Below, piece by piece: positions 1 through 10,129 of a DNA stretch of 64,000 nt. The translations under genes were made by a program, and so were the position numbers. This DNA comes from a virus, in the IMG/VR virus record IMGVR_UViG_3300017991_000075, positions 35,055 to 99,054 of that record; one strand, given 5' to 3'. Within the stretch, counting starts at the first letter, position 1. Each line of letters starts with the position of its first letter. The notes under the pieces were generated by a model, which saw only the letters and a list, made by a program, of their open reading frames with translations, made no database searches and had not been told where the DNA came from.

Positions 1-357
1 AGCGATAACATCGAGGGACTGAAAGGCATCGGCCCCAAGTGGGCGTGGAACATCGCCAGAGCTGGCGGCTTCACGATGGCGAGGATGCTATGGGCCGATA
101 AGAAGGGCGGGAAGTACGAGTACATTTGTTCTGATGAAGCACTGAGAGATTACGATCTATCAAAGCAGTTATCGGAACTACCTAGCCGCTGGATGACGGA
201 CATGATTCATCGCACGCAGCACTATCACGGTCAGTACCCAGGTAACTACGATGAGTTCGTACGCTGGTGCGAATCGTTGAGTCTGCAGAAGATCCAGCAC
301 GGGGTTTTACAAGAAAGGGCTCGCAATGGCGTTACAGTTGATCAGATGCCCGGATAA
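1..357 (+). CDS. 5'-3' exonuclease / flap endonuclease, C-terminal part (truncated by window edge)
   Basis: Frame 1 from base 1 reads SDNIEGLKGIGPKWA, the H3TH motif (SDNIPGVxGIGxKTA), and runs in frame into ORF 76..357. Confidence 0.85.
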   Translation, partial: SDNIEGLKGIGPKWAWNIARAGGFTMARMLWADKKGGKYEYICSDEALRDYDLSKQLSELPSRWMTDMIHRTQHYHGQYPGNYDEFVRWCESLSLQKIQHGVLQERARNGVTVDQMPG

Positions 358-1378
358 AGTCTGGGCGGTGGGTGGTGGAGATCACCACATGCATGATCAT
401 GGGCAGTTCAACGACCCCAGCGTCAGGCCATACGGATCGCGCATCGAACGTAGCGTGACATCGCTGCGTTTCGGGTTCGACCAGGCAAGGTTCTACAAGG
501 TGCCACTGATTCACAACGGCGATCTGATGCACCTCAAGAACTCAATCAGCCCTTTAGTGCTTTGTGCGCTATACCAGATCTGCATAGACAACGCTGATGT
601 TCTGTTTTGGGTCAATACCGGCAACCATGAACGACCCGACAAGCACTCCAACATGACGACACTGACGGCTCTTGGGATGTTTCAGCATATCACAGTCATC
701 CCGGCCGCCTGGGTGTTCGCTACCGAAGAATGTGTCTTCTGTTTCCTGCCGTTTTACTCGACGCAGGGACAGCGTGAAGCAGATCTCGAAGCGATCTGTG
801 ACATGACCAAAGAGATCACGGACAAACCAAAGATCCTGTTCACACACTACCCGCTTGGCGGTGCCGCGATCGGGCGAGGGTTGAAGCTGACTGGAGGGCT
901 GAAGTTCGATGACTTTGCTCCCGCATACTTTGACCTGATATTGTTCAACGACATCCACAAGCACCAGCCCGTAGGCACGCACGGGTATCATCTTGGTGCA
1001 ACTCATGGTAATTCATTCAACGAGGCCGATTATGAATGTGGCTGGTGGTTGATTGGTAAAGACAGCCAAGGGCTTTGCATCTGGCCGGTACGTCAGGGAG
1101 ATCTTCCGGAGTTCAAGATCGCAACTACTGAAGAAGAGGCGAAAGCTCTACAAGAACAAGGACACTTCGTTCGTCTCAATTTGGAAAAGCGTATCGCTGA
1201 CGAACTTGAGATGAGTGAGGCACCCCGTATCACAACATCCGAACTCAACGAGCTGGTCAACGGATGGATTGAACACAAACTCGATAGCCGCAAGGAGCTG
1301 AACGAGGTTCAGATTCAATGCATTCGCGACCGCATTAGCTGGTGCCTTCAGCAGGGAGCAATCGAATGCGGCTCGTAG
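326..1378 (+). CDS. Mre11/SbcD-like metallophosphoesterase nuclease
   Basis: GDHH, NGD, GNHE, FTH and DIH phosphoesterase motifs; lies next to a Rad50-like gene. Confidence 0.85.
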   Translation: MALQLIRCPDKVWAVGGGDHHMHDHGQFNDPSVRPYGSRIERSVTSLRFGFDQARFYKVPLIHNGDLMHLKNSISPLVLCALYQICIDNADVLFWVNTGNHERPDKHSNMTTLTALGMFQHITVIPAAWVFATEECVFCFLPFYSTQGQREADLEAICDMTKEITDKPKILFTHYPLGGAAIGRGLKLTGGLKFDDFAPAYFDLILFNDIHKHQPVGTHGYHLGATHGNSFNEADYECGWWLIGKDSQGLCIWPVRQGDLPEFKIATTEEEAKALQEQGHFVRLNLEKRIADELEMSEAPRITTSELNELVNGWIEHKLDSRKELNEVQIQCIRDRISWCLQQGAIECGS

Positions 1379-3216
1379 CAAAGAACTTCAGGTCCTACGA
1401 ATACTTCGACCTTCACTTCGTAGAAGGCACGAACAACCTGGTGCTCGGTGACAGTGGCAGCAACTCCGATTACGCTACCACCAACGCATCAGGAAAAAGC
1501 TCGATCATGTACGCAGTGATGTGGGCGCTGTTCGGTAAGTGGCCCGACATGCAGAGCGCTAACAGCCCTGTGAATATCGTCGCTGAAAAAGAATGTGAAG
1601 TCTATTACGAGTTCAAGAATACCCAGGGCCAGGCGTGCGCTGTAAAACGCTGCCGTAAACCCAATAGTCTTGAGTTCTGGTGTAACAGCGAACCCGTGAC
1701 CGGCGACATGGCGGTCGTTCAGAATGCGATCAACGAAGCGATCGGTTGCACTTACGATTTCTATCTCAAGGTGTTTGTATACAGCGGAGATAAAGATACC
1801 AAGTTCTCAAGACTGACTGATGCGAAACAGAAAGAGATCCTCGATACGATCCTGCCGATGGACTTTGAGGCCGCAAAGGAATTGGCTGTCAAACAGGGTC
1901 TTCAGATCAAATCAAAGATCGCCGAGAACAAACATCAGATAGATACTTGGACAAATCAGGTTGAGACCCTGAAACTGAAGAGAGATCTCGCAAAGACCAA
2001 TGCCGCTACTTTCGATCAACAGGCAACCCGTGATCGCACCCCTCTGGAACAGGATATCAGAGAAACGAAACGACGTATCACGGAGTACGAGGCGGTCATC
2101 GAACAGAACAGGGCGGCCATCATAAAGGCCCAGGAAGATCTGAGCGCAGCCAAACTAGCCACAGCCCGATTGAACGATAAACGCAACGAACGACAGCGTC
2201 TCCAGACTGCGATGCTGGAAGCAAATACTGCGCTTCATGGGCACTCTGAAAAACTTGACAAGATCCGAAACGAGGAGACTAAAGACTGCCCCATGTGCGG
2301 GCAGATCCTCGGTGCCCCGTATTCTAAACAGCAAGTCATCGCTACGATGGATAAAGAGTGCGTTGAGCTGATTGCTAAAGCAGCCACAGCTACCAACGAG
2401 TACAACGCTGTCACTGAAGAGTTGAATCTGATGCCTGTTCCACCATTAGACGTTTTCGAGCAGCGATACAGCGCCATTACTGCGGTGGAATCTGAACACA
2501 GAACGTATATTCAGCGAGCGCAGGATAGAATCAGTCGATTACAGAAAGAGATCGAAGCAATACCAGCTCCTGGAACTGAGAATCCGTACCACACCGAAGC
2601 ACGAGTGTATGGACAGCAGATCGTAGATCTCGAAAGCGAGATCTGCACCACAGATCAGCAGATCATCGGTTACGAGCTGGATCTTGACCTGTGGAACCAT
2701 GTTATCGACGCCTTCAGCACCAAGGGCGTCAAGCACTATGCATTCGAAACGTTGTGCCCGGAAATGACAGCGATCGCACAGGCGTTCATGCACCATCTGT
2801 CCGCTGATCAGCTCAAATTGAAGTTCCGTTCTCACAAGGCATCCGGAAAAAAGATCATCGAAGGATTCCATGTCGAAGTCACACGTAAAATCGGTGGCAA
2901 AATCAAAGAAGGTTATGGCGATATGTCGGGCGGTGAGAAATCTCGCGTAGATCTCGTCGTTTTTCTGACGCTATATCTCATGGCACAAAAGCATGTCAAC
3001 AACACAGGCTTACTGTTCCTCGATGAGATCGCAGATACGCTTGATCCGGCCGGTAAAGCGGCGGTTGTGGAGCTGCTTGACTTTTTCACCAAAGAATACG
3101 GCGTTACGTCACTCATCTTGACCAACGATGAGCGTGTAGCGTCATACATTACTCAAGGATACCGTTGCAGACTGCTTGATGGTCGGGGACGTATCGAAGA
3201 ACTGTCAGCAGCGTAG
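1366..3216 (+). CDS. Rad50/SbcC-like SMC ATPase
   Basis: KNFRSY, Walker A NASGKSS, coiled coil with CPMC zinc hook, MSGGE signature, Walker B LFLDE. ATG 1366 follows GGGAG. Confidence 0.92.
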   Translation: MRLVAKNFRSYEYFDLHFVEGTNNLVLGDSGSNSDYATTNASGKSSIMYAVMWALFGKWPDMQSANSPVNIVAEKECEVYYEFKNTQGQACAVKRCRKPNSLEFWCNSEPVTGDMAVVQNAINEAIGCTYDFYLKVFVYSGDKDTKFSRLTDAKQKEILDTILPMDFEAAKELAVKQGLQIKSKIAENKHQIDTWTNQVETLKLKRDLAKTNAATFDQQATRDRTPLEQDIRETKRRITEYEAVIEQNRAAIIKAQEDLSAAKLATARLNDKRNERQRLQTAMLEANTALHGHSEKLDKIRNEETKDCPMCGQILGAPYSKQQVIATMDKECVELIAKAATATNEYNAVTEELNLMPVPPLDVFEQRYSAITAVESEHRTYIQRAQDRISRLQKEIEAIPAPGTENPYHTEARVYGQQIVDLESEICTTDQQIIGYELDLDLWNHVIDAFSTKGVKHYAFETLCPEMTAIAQAFMHHLSADQLKLKFRSHKASGKKIIEGFHVEVTRKIGGKIKEGYGDMSGGEKSRVDLVVFLTLYLMAQKHVNNTGLLFLDEIADTLDPAGKAAVVELLDFFTKEYGVTSLILTNDERVASYITQGYRCRLLDGRGRIEELSAA

Positions 3217-3228
3217 CGAGAAACACTC

Positions 3229-3750
3229 ATGGCTAAAGAACCAAAAATCGCGCTGTTTCAATTCGGCTATCTGATCAACGTTCCACCGCTCAAACAGGAG
3301 CTGTTCATCGATAACGATGACATTCTGCTCAAATGGGTGTCTCTTGGATGGCATACGATGCCCGATCAGATGCACAACGACAACACGGCACAGGGCGGTT
3401 TCTTCATTGTCCCTGGTTTGACCATCAAGATTGAAGATTTCGTCTATATGCACCGATGGATCAACATCCAAGCTCCGGGAGCGGGACCGTGGCTTGAGCA
3501 GCACGAGTGGAATTACGACCGCACCGTGATCGGCTATGTTCACAAGATTGTATTCAAGAACGGATGGCAATTAGAAACAGCCTCCCAACACAAGTTCGAC
3601 GATGTGTGGTCGCCGAGGATCGCTGACAACCGCATAGCGCTGCTTGAGAACTCAGCCGTCAACCTGGAGTACGTATCAAAGGTAACGAGCTTCAGGACCA
3701 ACCTGGCTGATTACGTACAGTTTCTGACTGAACGCAAGGAACAAGAATGA
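3229..3750 (+). CDS. hypothetical protein
   Basis: 173-aa ORF packed in the operon, ATGA overlap with the next gene. Confidence 0.75.
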   Translation: MAKEPKIALFQFGYLINVPPLKQELFIDNDDILLKWVSLGWHTMPDQMHNDNTAQGGFFIVPGLTIKIEDFVYMHRWINIQAPGAGPWLEQHEWNYDRTVIGYVHKIVFKNGWQLETASQHKFDDVWSPRIADNRIALLENSAVNLEYVSKVTSFRTNLADYVQFLTERKEQE

Positions 3751-4535
3751 GATACGACTTCATCATCGGTATAGACCCCGGCTATGCGACACTCGGCCTC
3801 GCCATAATCGACCTGCGTAACGGTCGTCCTCAATTCGTTCACATGAGTTCAGCTCTTACCGTAAAAACGGTAAAGGCCCCCACCTCTAAAGAAAAGAAAC
3901 AACTCAAGATCAAATTTCCGATTGAAGAATTTCAAGAACGCGAAGAGACCTTTCAACGAATCAATTTACTCGCTGACTATGTTCGAGGGGCTATACGCCA
4001 CGTATGTAACCCAATATTCAAACTGAATGCTCTTATAGTCATTGAAGAATGGACCGCCAGTCCGAACGCTAGGTACGTAAAAACGATCTACTATCGTGGT
4101 GCGGCTGATGCGGCTGTTCGCCAGGTAGTCAACATGTACGGCGCACAGACTCTAACGGTTGACAATATCTGGGTGAATCAGTTCTCCAACGTACAGGGCA
4201 AGAAAACAATCGACAAAGACAATCCGACACCTATGGAGATCCTGTTGTGCATACAAATGTTGTGTCCTTGGCTCAACGGATTTGACGTACAACAATGGCT
4301 CGAACATCGTGGCACCGCGCATACATTGAATGGTTCAAGACAGCAAAAGGGGGTTCCCGAAAAGGCCAAACTACACTATGCTGATGCTGCGGTGATGGCC
4401 ACCATGGGAGTCCTGGCAATCGATCCAGATCTCGCAGGCCAACGCCCGCCAAATCAGATGGAGAAACTATCGTACCTGTGGGAGCGCCTGCGTGAAGTCC
4501 AAGACCATGATCTTCGACAACGAAGCGGCAACTGA
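3747..4535 (+). CDS. RuvC-like Holliday junction resolvase
   Basis: N-terminal IGIDPG..LGLAII, IVIEE and C-terminal HYADA acidic motifs of the RNase H/RuvC fold. Confidence 0.75.
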   Translation: MRYDFIIGIDPGYATLGLAIIDLRNGRPQFVHMSSALTVKTVKAPTSKEKKQLKIKFPIEEFQEREETFQRINLLADYVRGAIRHVCNPIFKLNALIVIEEWTASPNARYVKTIYYRGAADAAVRQVVNMYGAQTLTVDNIWVNQFSNVQGKKTIDKDNPTPMEILLCIQMLCPWLNGFDVQQWLEHRGTAHTLNGSRQQKGVPEKAKLHYADAAVMATMGVLAIDPDLAGQRPPNQMEKLSYLWERLREVQDHDLRQRSGN

Positions 4536-5391
4536 GCTGGTACTCCAGATCAAAGAGCGTAATGCTCAAATCGCTTCCTTCTCAAAACAACGTGATCAAG
4601 CACCCCATATCCTGCAGGAGCTGCACGGTGAATTCTACGACCACTGTCAGCCGTTCCTGAGATCTGCTGTCCGTGAATTCGCTAAGGGTGCCAACATTCA
4701 GGATCACGAAGATCTTGCGCAGGATGCCTTCCTGAAGATCCTTCGAATGATCGATCGCTACAGTCCGAAAAAGGGTCGCCTCCACAACTGGATGACCAAG
4801 ATCACCAGAAACTTGTGCTGGGATTGGCTCCGGAAGAAAAAACCGCAGCTCCTGGCAGAGGGACTGCCCAAGGACACTCTCTCGATCGAACTAAAACTCG
4901 ACGGCGAGTATAACTTTCCTCTGAACTTCGATCGCAAACCGAGTCCGGAGAACTTGATCGAGGATCGCAAGAAAGTCGATAACTACCTTGACAAAGAAGA
5001 CTACGATATCATCAAAGATTCGTTTCCGTTCTACGTCAGCGATCGCCTGATGTTCGATCTACTAACCACCGTCGAACGACACCGCTTCACAGCCTGCCCG
5101 GCCTGCGTCGAAGACGTGCTTGCGCTACTTGAAGAAGAAGAAATCGATTACACCGAGTATGGCAAGCCCGTAGAGATGGTGAACGCGACCATCATCCTGC
5201 TACGAGGGTTATTGATGCGAGTGATCAATCGAGCTGACATCATCAAGATGGCTCTGATCAAAAACCCGGAATTCAACGAACTCCGGGTCTTGACGAGATT
5301 CCTGGGTCTGGAAACAACGGAAAAACTGATCCTGCTACTGGGGGGACTCAGGATACAACTCCCAGCCCCAAGACAATTCTACCGAGATTAG
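4492..5391 (+). CDS. phage RNA polymerase sigma factor (region 2) with atypical, Mor-like C-terminus
   Basis: EDLAQDAFLKILRMIDRYSPKKGRLHNWMTKITRNLCWDWLRK is sigma70 region 2; no recognisable region-4 HTH. Confidence 0.85.
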   Translation: MKSKTMIFDNEAATELVLQIKERNAQIASFSKQRDQAPHILQELHGEFYDHCQPFLRSAVREFAKGANIQDHEDLAQDAFLKILRMIDRYSPKKGRLHNWMTKITRNLCWDWLRKKKPQLLAEGLPKDTLSIELKLDGEYNFPLNFDRKPSPENLIEDRKKVDNYLDKEDYDIIKDSFPFYVSDRLMFDLLTTVERHRFTACPACVEDVLALLEEEEIDYTEYGKPVEMVNATIILLRGLLMRVINRADIIKMALIKNPEFNELRVLTRFLGLETTEKLILLLGGLRIQLPAPRQFYRD

Positions 5392-6752
5392 GTGAACAAT
5401 GGCGGGAAGTTATTGATAGCTTCTGCCATCCCCGCAGATGGACAACACGGTATCAGTTTCCTGATGTCAGTCGCATCTGTCACATAGTAGAAATACACTT
5501 CCCAGCCGACAGCCGCATACCATTGACGCATGTCTTCATCGAGGGTCGGGTTGTACGCACCGGGATCTGAAACCGAATGCAGTCTAGGACGCACCGATAC
5601 AGCAGCCGTGTTATTGACTCGATGCCAAAGATCGTGGAGAGCTGTTATACCCGGTACTGGGCTTATTACGGTGGGCCACAGCAGCACCTCTTTACTGTAA
5701 GTCTCAGCCAACGGCCATAGATCCGGATCATCAAAATACTTCATGGCGAAGATTGGAGTGGTCTCTCCAGGTGCCAGCATTTGCTGGTTGTGGAGGAACG
5801 GCATGATGTCCTGGATCTGTGCGCCGGTATCAACGATTACTGTCGGGTTCACGAGGAAACTGCCGACTGTCCTGACAGCACTGTACTGCCCGTAGTACCG
5901 CTGACCCATGCAAACCTGCTGAGCCAACATCGACGCAGACTTTTCACCGCCCGCGTAACGATTCGGGTTGTCTGTGAGAATGAAATACTCGATGTCCAGT
6001 GTAAATGCGTTCGTCGTTTGAACGTCGATCCCAAACTCGAAGTAAAGGGCATCGTCATCAGGCTGGATACCTAGTTCGATCGTTCTCCAAGCCCCTCCCG
6101 TGTCTTCAAGATACTGTGTCCCTGAATCCTCCTTCTGCCAGCCGTTAGCACCACCAGACCAAGTTCCGTACAGCTTGGCTGCCTGGCTGGCGTTACAACG
6201 GTATTTGAGTTTCATAGTGAGAGCCTTACCCGCCCAACGATGTCGAGGCAAGTGATAGCTGACCGGCTGGTAAAACACCGGGAGATCTTCAGTGACAGGA
6301 TTACGATACCGCGTGCCAGCATCGAAGTAGAGCGTGAAGATATCTTCATCGGTTCCTGTGAAATCGCCGAAGTGCGTCGAGCCCAAAAGCAGCTCATACG
6401 CGATGTACCATCCGAGAGCTTGTGTCGGATGATAGGTATAATTGGTGCCTGCATAACCGAGCGTGTTACCGTCTTCCAGATTGAAGAAGTTCGTTGACCA
6501 CACTCGATCTGTTGCGGCCGGGCTGATGTACTGTGGCAGTTTGTTTAGGATACGGGTCAATTGGAAATGCCCATTCACCTCTAAGATGCCAGCACCGAAT
6601 AACGAGCTGTCCGGAGTTCCACTCTGAATGGCTGCGTACAGATTGAGGATCTCTGTTCTTGTGAGAGAAAAGTTACCCTCAATGTCATTGACATAATTAC
6701 TAGGCGTAATCGGCAGGATGTAATCTTGTCCTGAAAATGGTGGGCTCGCCAT
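5388..6752 (-). CDS. putative tail-tip / receptor-binding protein
   Basis: Last gene of the tail operon; aromatic, beta-rich central part resembling a jelly-roll carbohydrate-binding module. Confidence 0.55.
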   Translation of the reverse strand: MASPPFSGQDYILPITPSNYVNDIEGNFSLTRTEILNLYAAIQSGTPDSSLFGAGILEVNGHFQLTRILNKLPQYISPAATDRVWSTNFFNLEDGNTLGYAGTNYTYHPTQALGWYIAYELLLGSTHFGDFTGTDEDIFTLYFDAGTRYRNPVTEDLPVFYQPVSYHLPRHRWAGKALTMKLKYRCNASQAAKLYGTWSGGANGWQKEDSGTQYLEDTGGAWRTIELGIQPDDDALYFEFGIDVQTTNAFTLDIEYFILTDNPNRYAGGEKSASMLAQQVCMGQRYYGQYSAVRTVGSFLVNPTVIVDTGAQIQDIMPFLHNQQMLAPGETTPIFAMKYFDDPDLWPLAETYSKEVLLWPTVISPVPGITALHDLWHRVNNTAAVSVRPRLHSVSDPGAYNPTLDEDMRQWYAAVGWEVYFYYVTDATDIRKLIPCCPSAGMAEAINNFPPLFT

Positions 6753-6754
6753 GA

Positions 6755-7021
6755 TTATTCCTCTTCAAGCTCGTAGTACACGGCCATGAACTTATTCCAG
6801 TATTCGAAGTTACCCACGTTGCAGCTCACCAGAACCGCCTTCGGGTGCTTCTTCTGAAAGGTGTCCAAGAATTCTTTTACAGCACTCTCGTGCATAATCT
6901 CGTATTTCAACTTCGCTTGCAGAGCGAAGGCAAACAGTGTCCCGTCAGCGAGAGTCTTCAAAGCTCCCAGCTTAGCGATTTCCGGTATATCGCCGATGTT
7001 TGGAAAAGGCATCCCCGACAT
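6755..7021 (-). CDS. hypothetical protein
   Basis: 88-aa ORF with AGGAG RBS, fills the gap between neighbours. Confidence 0.7.
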   Translation of the reverse strand: MSGMPFPNIGDIPEIAKLGALKTLADGTLFAFALQAKLKYEIMHESAVKEFLDTFQKKHPKAVLVSCNVGNFEYWNKFMAVYYELEEE

Positions 7022-7028
7022 AGCACTC

Positions 7029-8306
7029 CTACGGTGTTGAATTACATATTGTTATTGTTTCCTTCAGCCCCCATGAAGATGTTCCGGCCGGCCAACCCGT
7101 GGGGGCGCTCCCCCACTGCCAACGAGGATCATTCCACGGCACGATCACAGTTTCCTGCCTACAGGTCAAGGTTCCGCCTGTAGATCCGCGAGGACCGCCA
7201 TCAGTTGGGATGTACCCGGGCATGTAATCTTCACCGAGAACGTACACGACGGGATCTACATAAACGGCATCACCATCCGCCGAGTAATCAACCTCGTACA
7301 TAAGATCGGCTAACATACCGAGGAACCCGCCGAATGGCGGCGCTCTTTCGACGAGCGTGTTCGTCGATGGAGAAACCGTAAACTCAAGATGAACGGTGAT
7401 GTAATCGGTCGCGGAGACAGGAAGGTCAGATCGAATCTCGATCCAATAAAGATTATCGACCAGAGCCAGTGGAATCGGAGCTGCAGGAGTGCTCGTATGC
7501 CATCCTGGAGATCCCGGCAGTGTTGCTGCATCGAATATCTCGATCTCTTCGATGACAGCACCGAGGTCCTGCGGCTGTGCTGTGTCGTATTCACGAAGAC
7601 GAACGCGGATATTCCCTGATGGCGATCCGACTTTATTCAGGTACAACCGGATCTCGTCAAGATATCCGTTGAACGCCGGGAACGTCGCGTAAACAGCGAT
7701 GTTGGTCGCAGGTGTTCTGCTCAGATGAACTGTAGCTGTAGGAGCTGTCCCGCCGTACACAGTCCCGCTCACAGGAACGTACAGCGGTGGCAGTCCCAGA
7801 GTCGCACGATAAGCATTGATCTGTGTACGAAGATCAACACTGAGATCGGCGAACTGCACATAATCAAGACCGAACAAGAAATCGAGGTTGTTACCATCGA
7901 TATCGTGGATCGGCACGTACTTGACAACGTAATCATCGTTGTCATCAAAGTTCACTGCTGCACGGCCAATAACCTGCATGTTGCCGGTCTTGTCAATCTT
8001 CAGCAAAACAGGAGTGCCAATAGCATCAGCCACCCATTGCCGGGCTTGGTTGGCGACAAGACAATCACGAACAACAGGACGCCCGGATACTTCGATGAGC
8101 TTCACGTTAGCAACGAAAGCCACCTCTGTCGGTTGTCCCGGAGCAGCATCTTCAGGAAATTCTTTGGTACGAACATCCTCAAGCAGAATGCCGGTTGTGA
8201 ATTCACGGCCGGCGGCAACTTCTTTACCGGCCCAGCCACGGATCGTATCACGAACCCGCTGCCATTCAGCTTCTGTCTGCGCACCAAATCTTGTGTCAGT
8301 TGCCAT
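7029..8306 (-). CDS. putative tail-tip structural protein
   Basis: Position in the tail operon; beta-rich; TAATG coupling to the upstream gene. Confidence 0.6.
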   Translation of the reverse strand: MATDTRFGAQTEAEWQRVRDTIRGWAGKEVAAGREFTTGILLEDVRTKEFPEDAAPGQPTEVAFVANVKLIEVSGRPVVRDCLVANQARQWVADAIGTPVLLKIDKTGNMQVIGRAAVNFDDNDDYVVKYVPIHDIDGNNLDFLFGLDYVQFADLSVDLRTQINAYRATLGLPPLYVPVSGTVYGGTAPTATVHLSRTPATNIAVYATFPAFNGYLDEIRLYLNKVGSPSGNIRVRLREYDTAQPQDLGAVIEEIEIFDAATLPGSPGWHTSTPAAPIPLALVDNLYWIEIRSDLPVSATDYITVHLEFTVSPSTNTLVERAPPFGGFLGMLADLMYEVDYSADGDAVYVDPVVYVLGEDYMPGYIPTDGGPRGSTGGTLTCRQETVIVPWNDPRWQWGSAPTGWPAGTSSWGLKETITICNSTP

Positions 8307-10129
8307 TATGCTATCCTGAACACGTTCGCCGACATCATCGGAGCGATACCACGGCCGATTTCTCGGTTGATTGCTTTCACCTTGTACTTGAAGCCCGTGT
8401 CCTCATCGAGAAACAAATCACCAGGCTCCAATAAAATATCCCTCTTCAATTGAATACTGCGCACGATCTGTTCTGACATCCGGATCGATAACTCGCGTTC
8501 AGCGAACGTAAGAAGACCGGGATTCGTAACTTCCGGCTGACCCGCGTTTGGCCCTGCTGCAACAACAGAGTCGTCCTTCGAAGAGAAGATGTAGTTTTTG
8601 ATCTCGACTTCGCGACGCTCATACTGTCGAAAAGGTTGCCCGGCGAATTTAGAGCCAAAGTGTTCAAGAACAACTTCGGTCTTCAGCTCCTTATAAACGG
8701 GTTCATACGGTATTGCCCAAATGTCGAACGAAAAGTTACCGACCTGTTGCAGCAGCCAGATCGCTGCCAACAACGCCGTAGAAGCCAGCAGATCGTAAAC
8801 CATCGCCTGAGCGGTAGCAGTTATGTTGTCTGGGGAAGGTGCCCCTGGCGGGTGTACGTGGGCTGATGCCTGCTGCTTGATGTAAGAAGCAATCCCGATA
8901 TTTATCGTGTAGGTCAGGAACAACGCAACCAATGTCACGTACACAAGATCAGTATTGTTTCTAACAGTGATCTTGTAACCGTATTGATCGTAGCTCAAGA
9001 ACTCAGGATCTTCGATGAAGAATGTAGAACCCCCACCGAACACCCGAAATTCTCGACGCATGTTTCTAATAGCCGGACTTTCCGGAATAACGTTGCCGTT
9101 ACCATCTTCAACATTAGTTCCGGTCAGAACCAGATAGGACCTTTGATTGTCGTCACTCCAAGTATCTTCAAATTCAACACTAGGATCAAAGAACCCGCAG
9201 GTGCCATTACCCGTGGCCATCTTCTGGAAAGGTTTGATGACCTTCGAGATCTCTTTATCAAGACCAACGGCCGTAATACAGTTGACAGTATTGAAAGCCG
9301 TCGCCGACATCGCTGCGTTCGCTATCTGCAGTCCCGAATAAGATCTACTCACGGTGCCATCGATTCGACGCGATACGAAACGCAGCTTACCTTCACCGTT
9401 GAACTGCGGAGCCAGGTGCAGGACCTCTCCGAGTGTCTTGAGAGCCTCAAACGGATTGACCTGAACGAATTGAAGTTGTTTCTCGATACGATAAGGGAGA
9501 GGGCCGATCAGAACTTCATCGTTCTCAAGGCCCATGCCCCATTCTGTGTTAGTAGCCAGTTCACGAGCGATGCTTCCGATATCGTCATAGCTGTCTCGAT
9601 ATGTGAAGTTTGGATCATCGTTATTTTTGACATTCGGATACCAAGAACCGTCGCTCGTGATCTCACGTTCAGTGAACTGAGCCTCCCTACTTACAAATGA
9701 AAGATTCACCGTAGGAAGAGTCCCCCGCTCAGTCTGGCTTTCCTCGATGTTGATCACTTTATCCTGGAGTCCTTCAGTTGCCCCAGGTTGACCAACGTGC
9801 CACCCTGTAAACGTATTCGGCCAATCATCTTCATCGACCCGCGAATCGCCTTCGTAGATCTTGATGATGCAGTTATAGAACATACCTAATGACAGTTTTT
9901 TCAGAGCAATGGTAAGCGAGGCCGAACTGGCGTCACTCTTGCTGTCAAGATTCAAACTGCCGGTAAGAACATAGTCAGTGATGTTGACCGGCGTCTGTTT
10001 GTACGTTCCACGAACGATATCGCTATCGTTGTCCTGCCAACGAGAAAACCACATCACCTTGAAGGCGGGGATGTGGTCATGAGCTTGAGCCTTATCGTCA
10101 AGCTCGGTGCCTACTAGAGAGTTCAACAT
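8306..10129 (-). CDS. putative tail hub (Tal/gp27-like) protein
   Basis: Hub-like motifs (NITDYV, FNGEGKLRF, LLEPGD..YKVKAINR); contains two hydrophobic helices. Confidence 0.6.
   Translation of the reverse strand: MLNSLVGTELDDKAQAHDHIPAFKVMWFSRWQDNDSDIVRGTYKQTPVNITDYVLTGSLNLDSKSDASSASLTIALKKLSLGMFYNCIIKIYEGDSRVDEDDWPNTFTGWHVGQPGATEGLQDKVINIEESQTERGTLPTVNLSFVSREAQFTEREITSDGSWYPNVKNNDDPNFTYRDSYDDIGSIARELATNTEWGMGLENDEVLIGPLPYRIEKQLQFVQVNPFEALKTLGEVLHLAPQFNGEGKLRFVSRRIDGTVSRSYSGLQIANAAMSATAFNTVNCITAVGLDKEISKVIKPFQKMATGNGTCGFFDPSVEFEDTWSDDNQRSYLVLTGTNVEDGNGNVIPESPAIRNMRREFRVFGGGSTFFIEDPEFLSYDQYGYKITVRNNTDLVYVTLVALFLTYTINIGIASYIKQQASAHVHPPGAPSPDNITATAQAMVYDLLASTALLAAIWLLQQVGNFSFDIWAIPYEPVYKELKTEVVLEHFGSKFAGQPFRQYERREVEIKNYIFSSKDDSVVAAGPNAGQPEVTNPGLLTFAERELSIRMSEQIVRSIQLKRDILLEPGDLFLDEDTGFKYKVKAINREIGRGIAPMMSANVFRIA

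Noticed and set aside
3747-4535. RuvC-fold ORF as a TnpB/Cas12-like nuclease
   Set aside because: The first catalytic Asp is at the extreme N-terminus, there is no Zn ribbon or adjacent ncRNA space, and it sits with recombination genes, which fits a resolvase.
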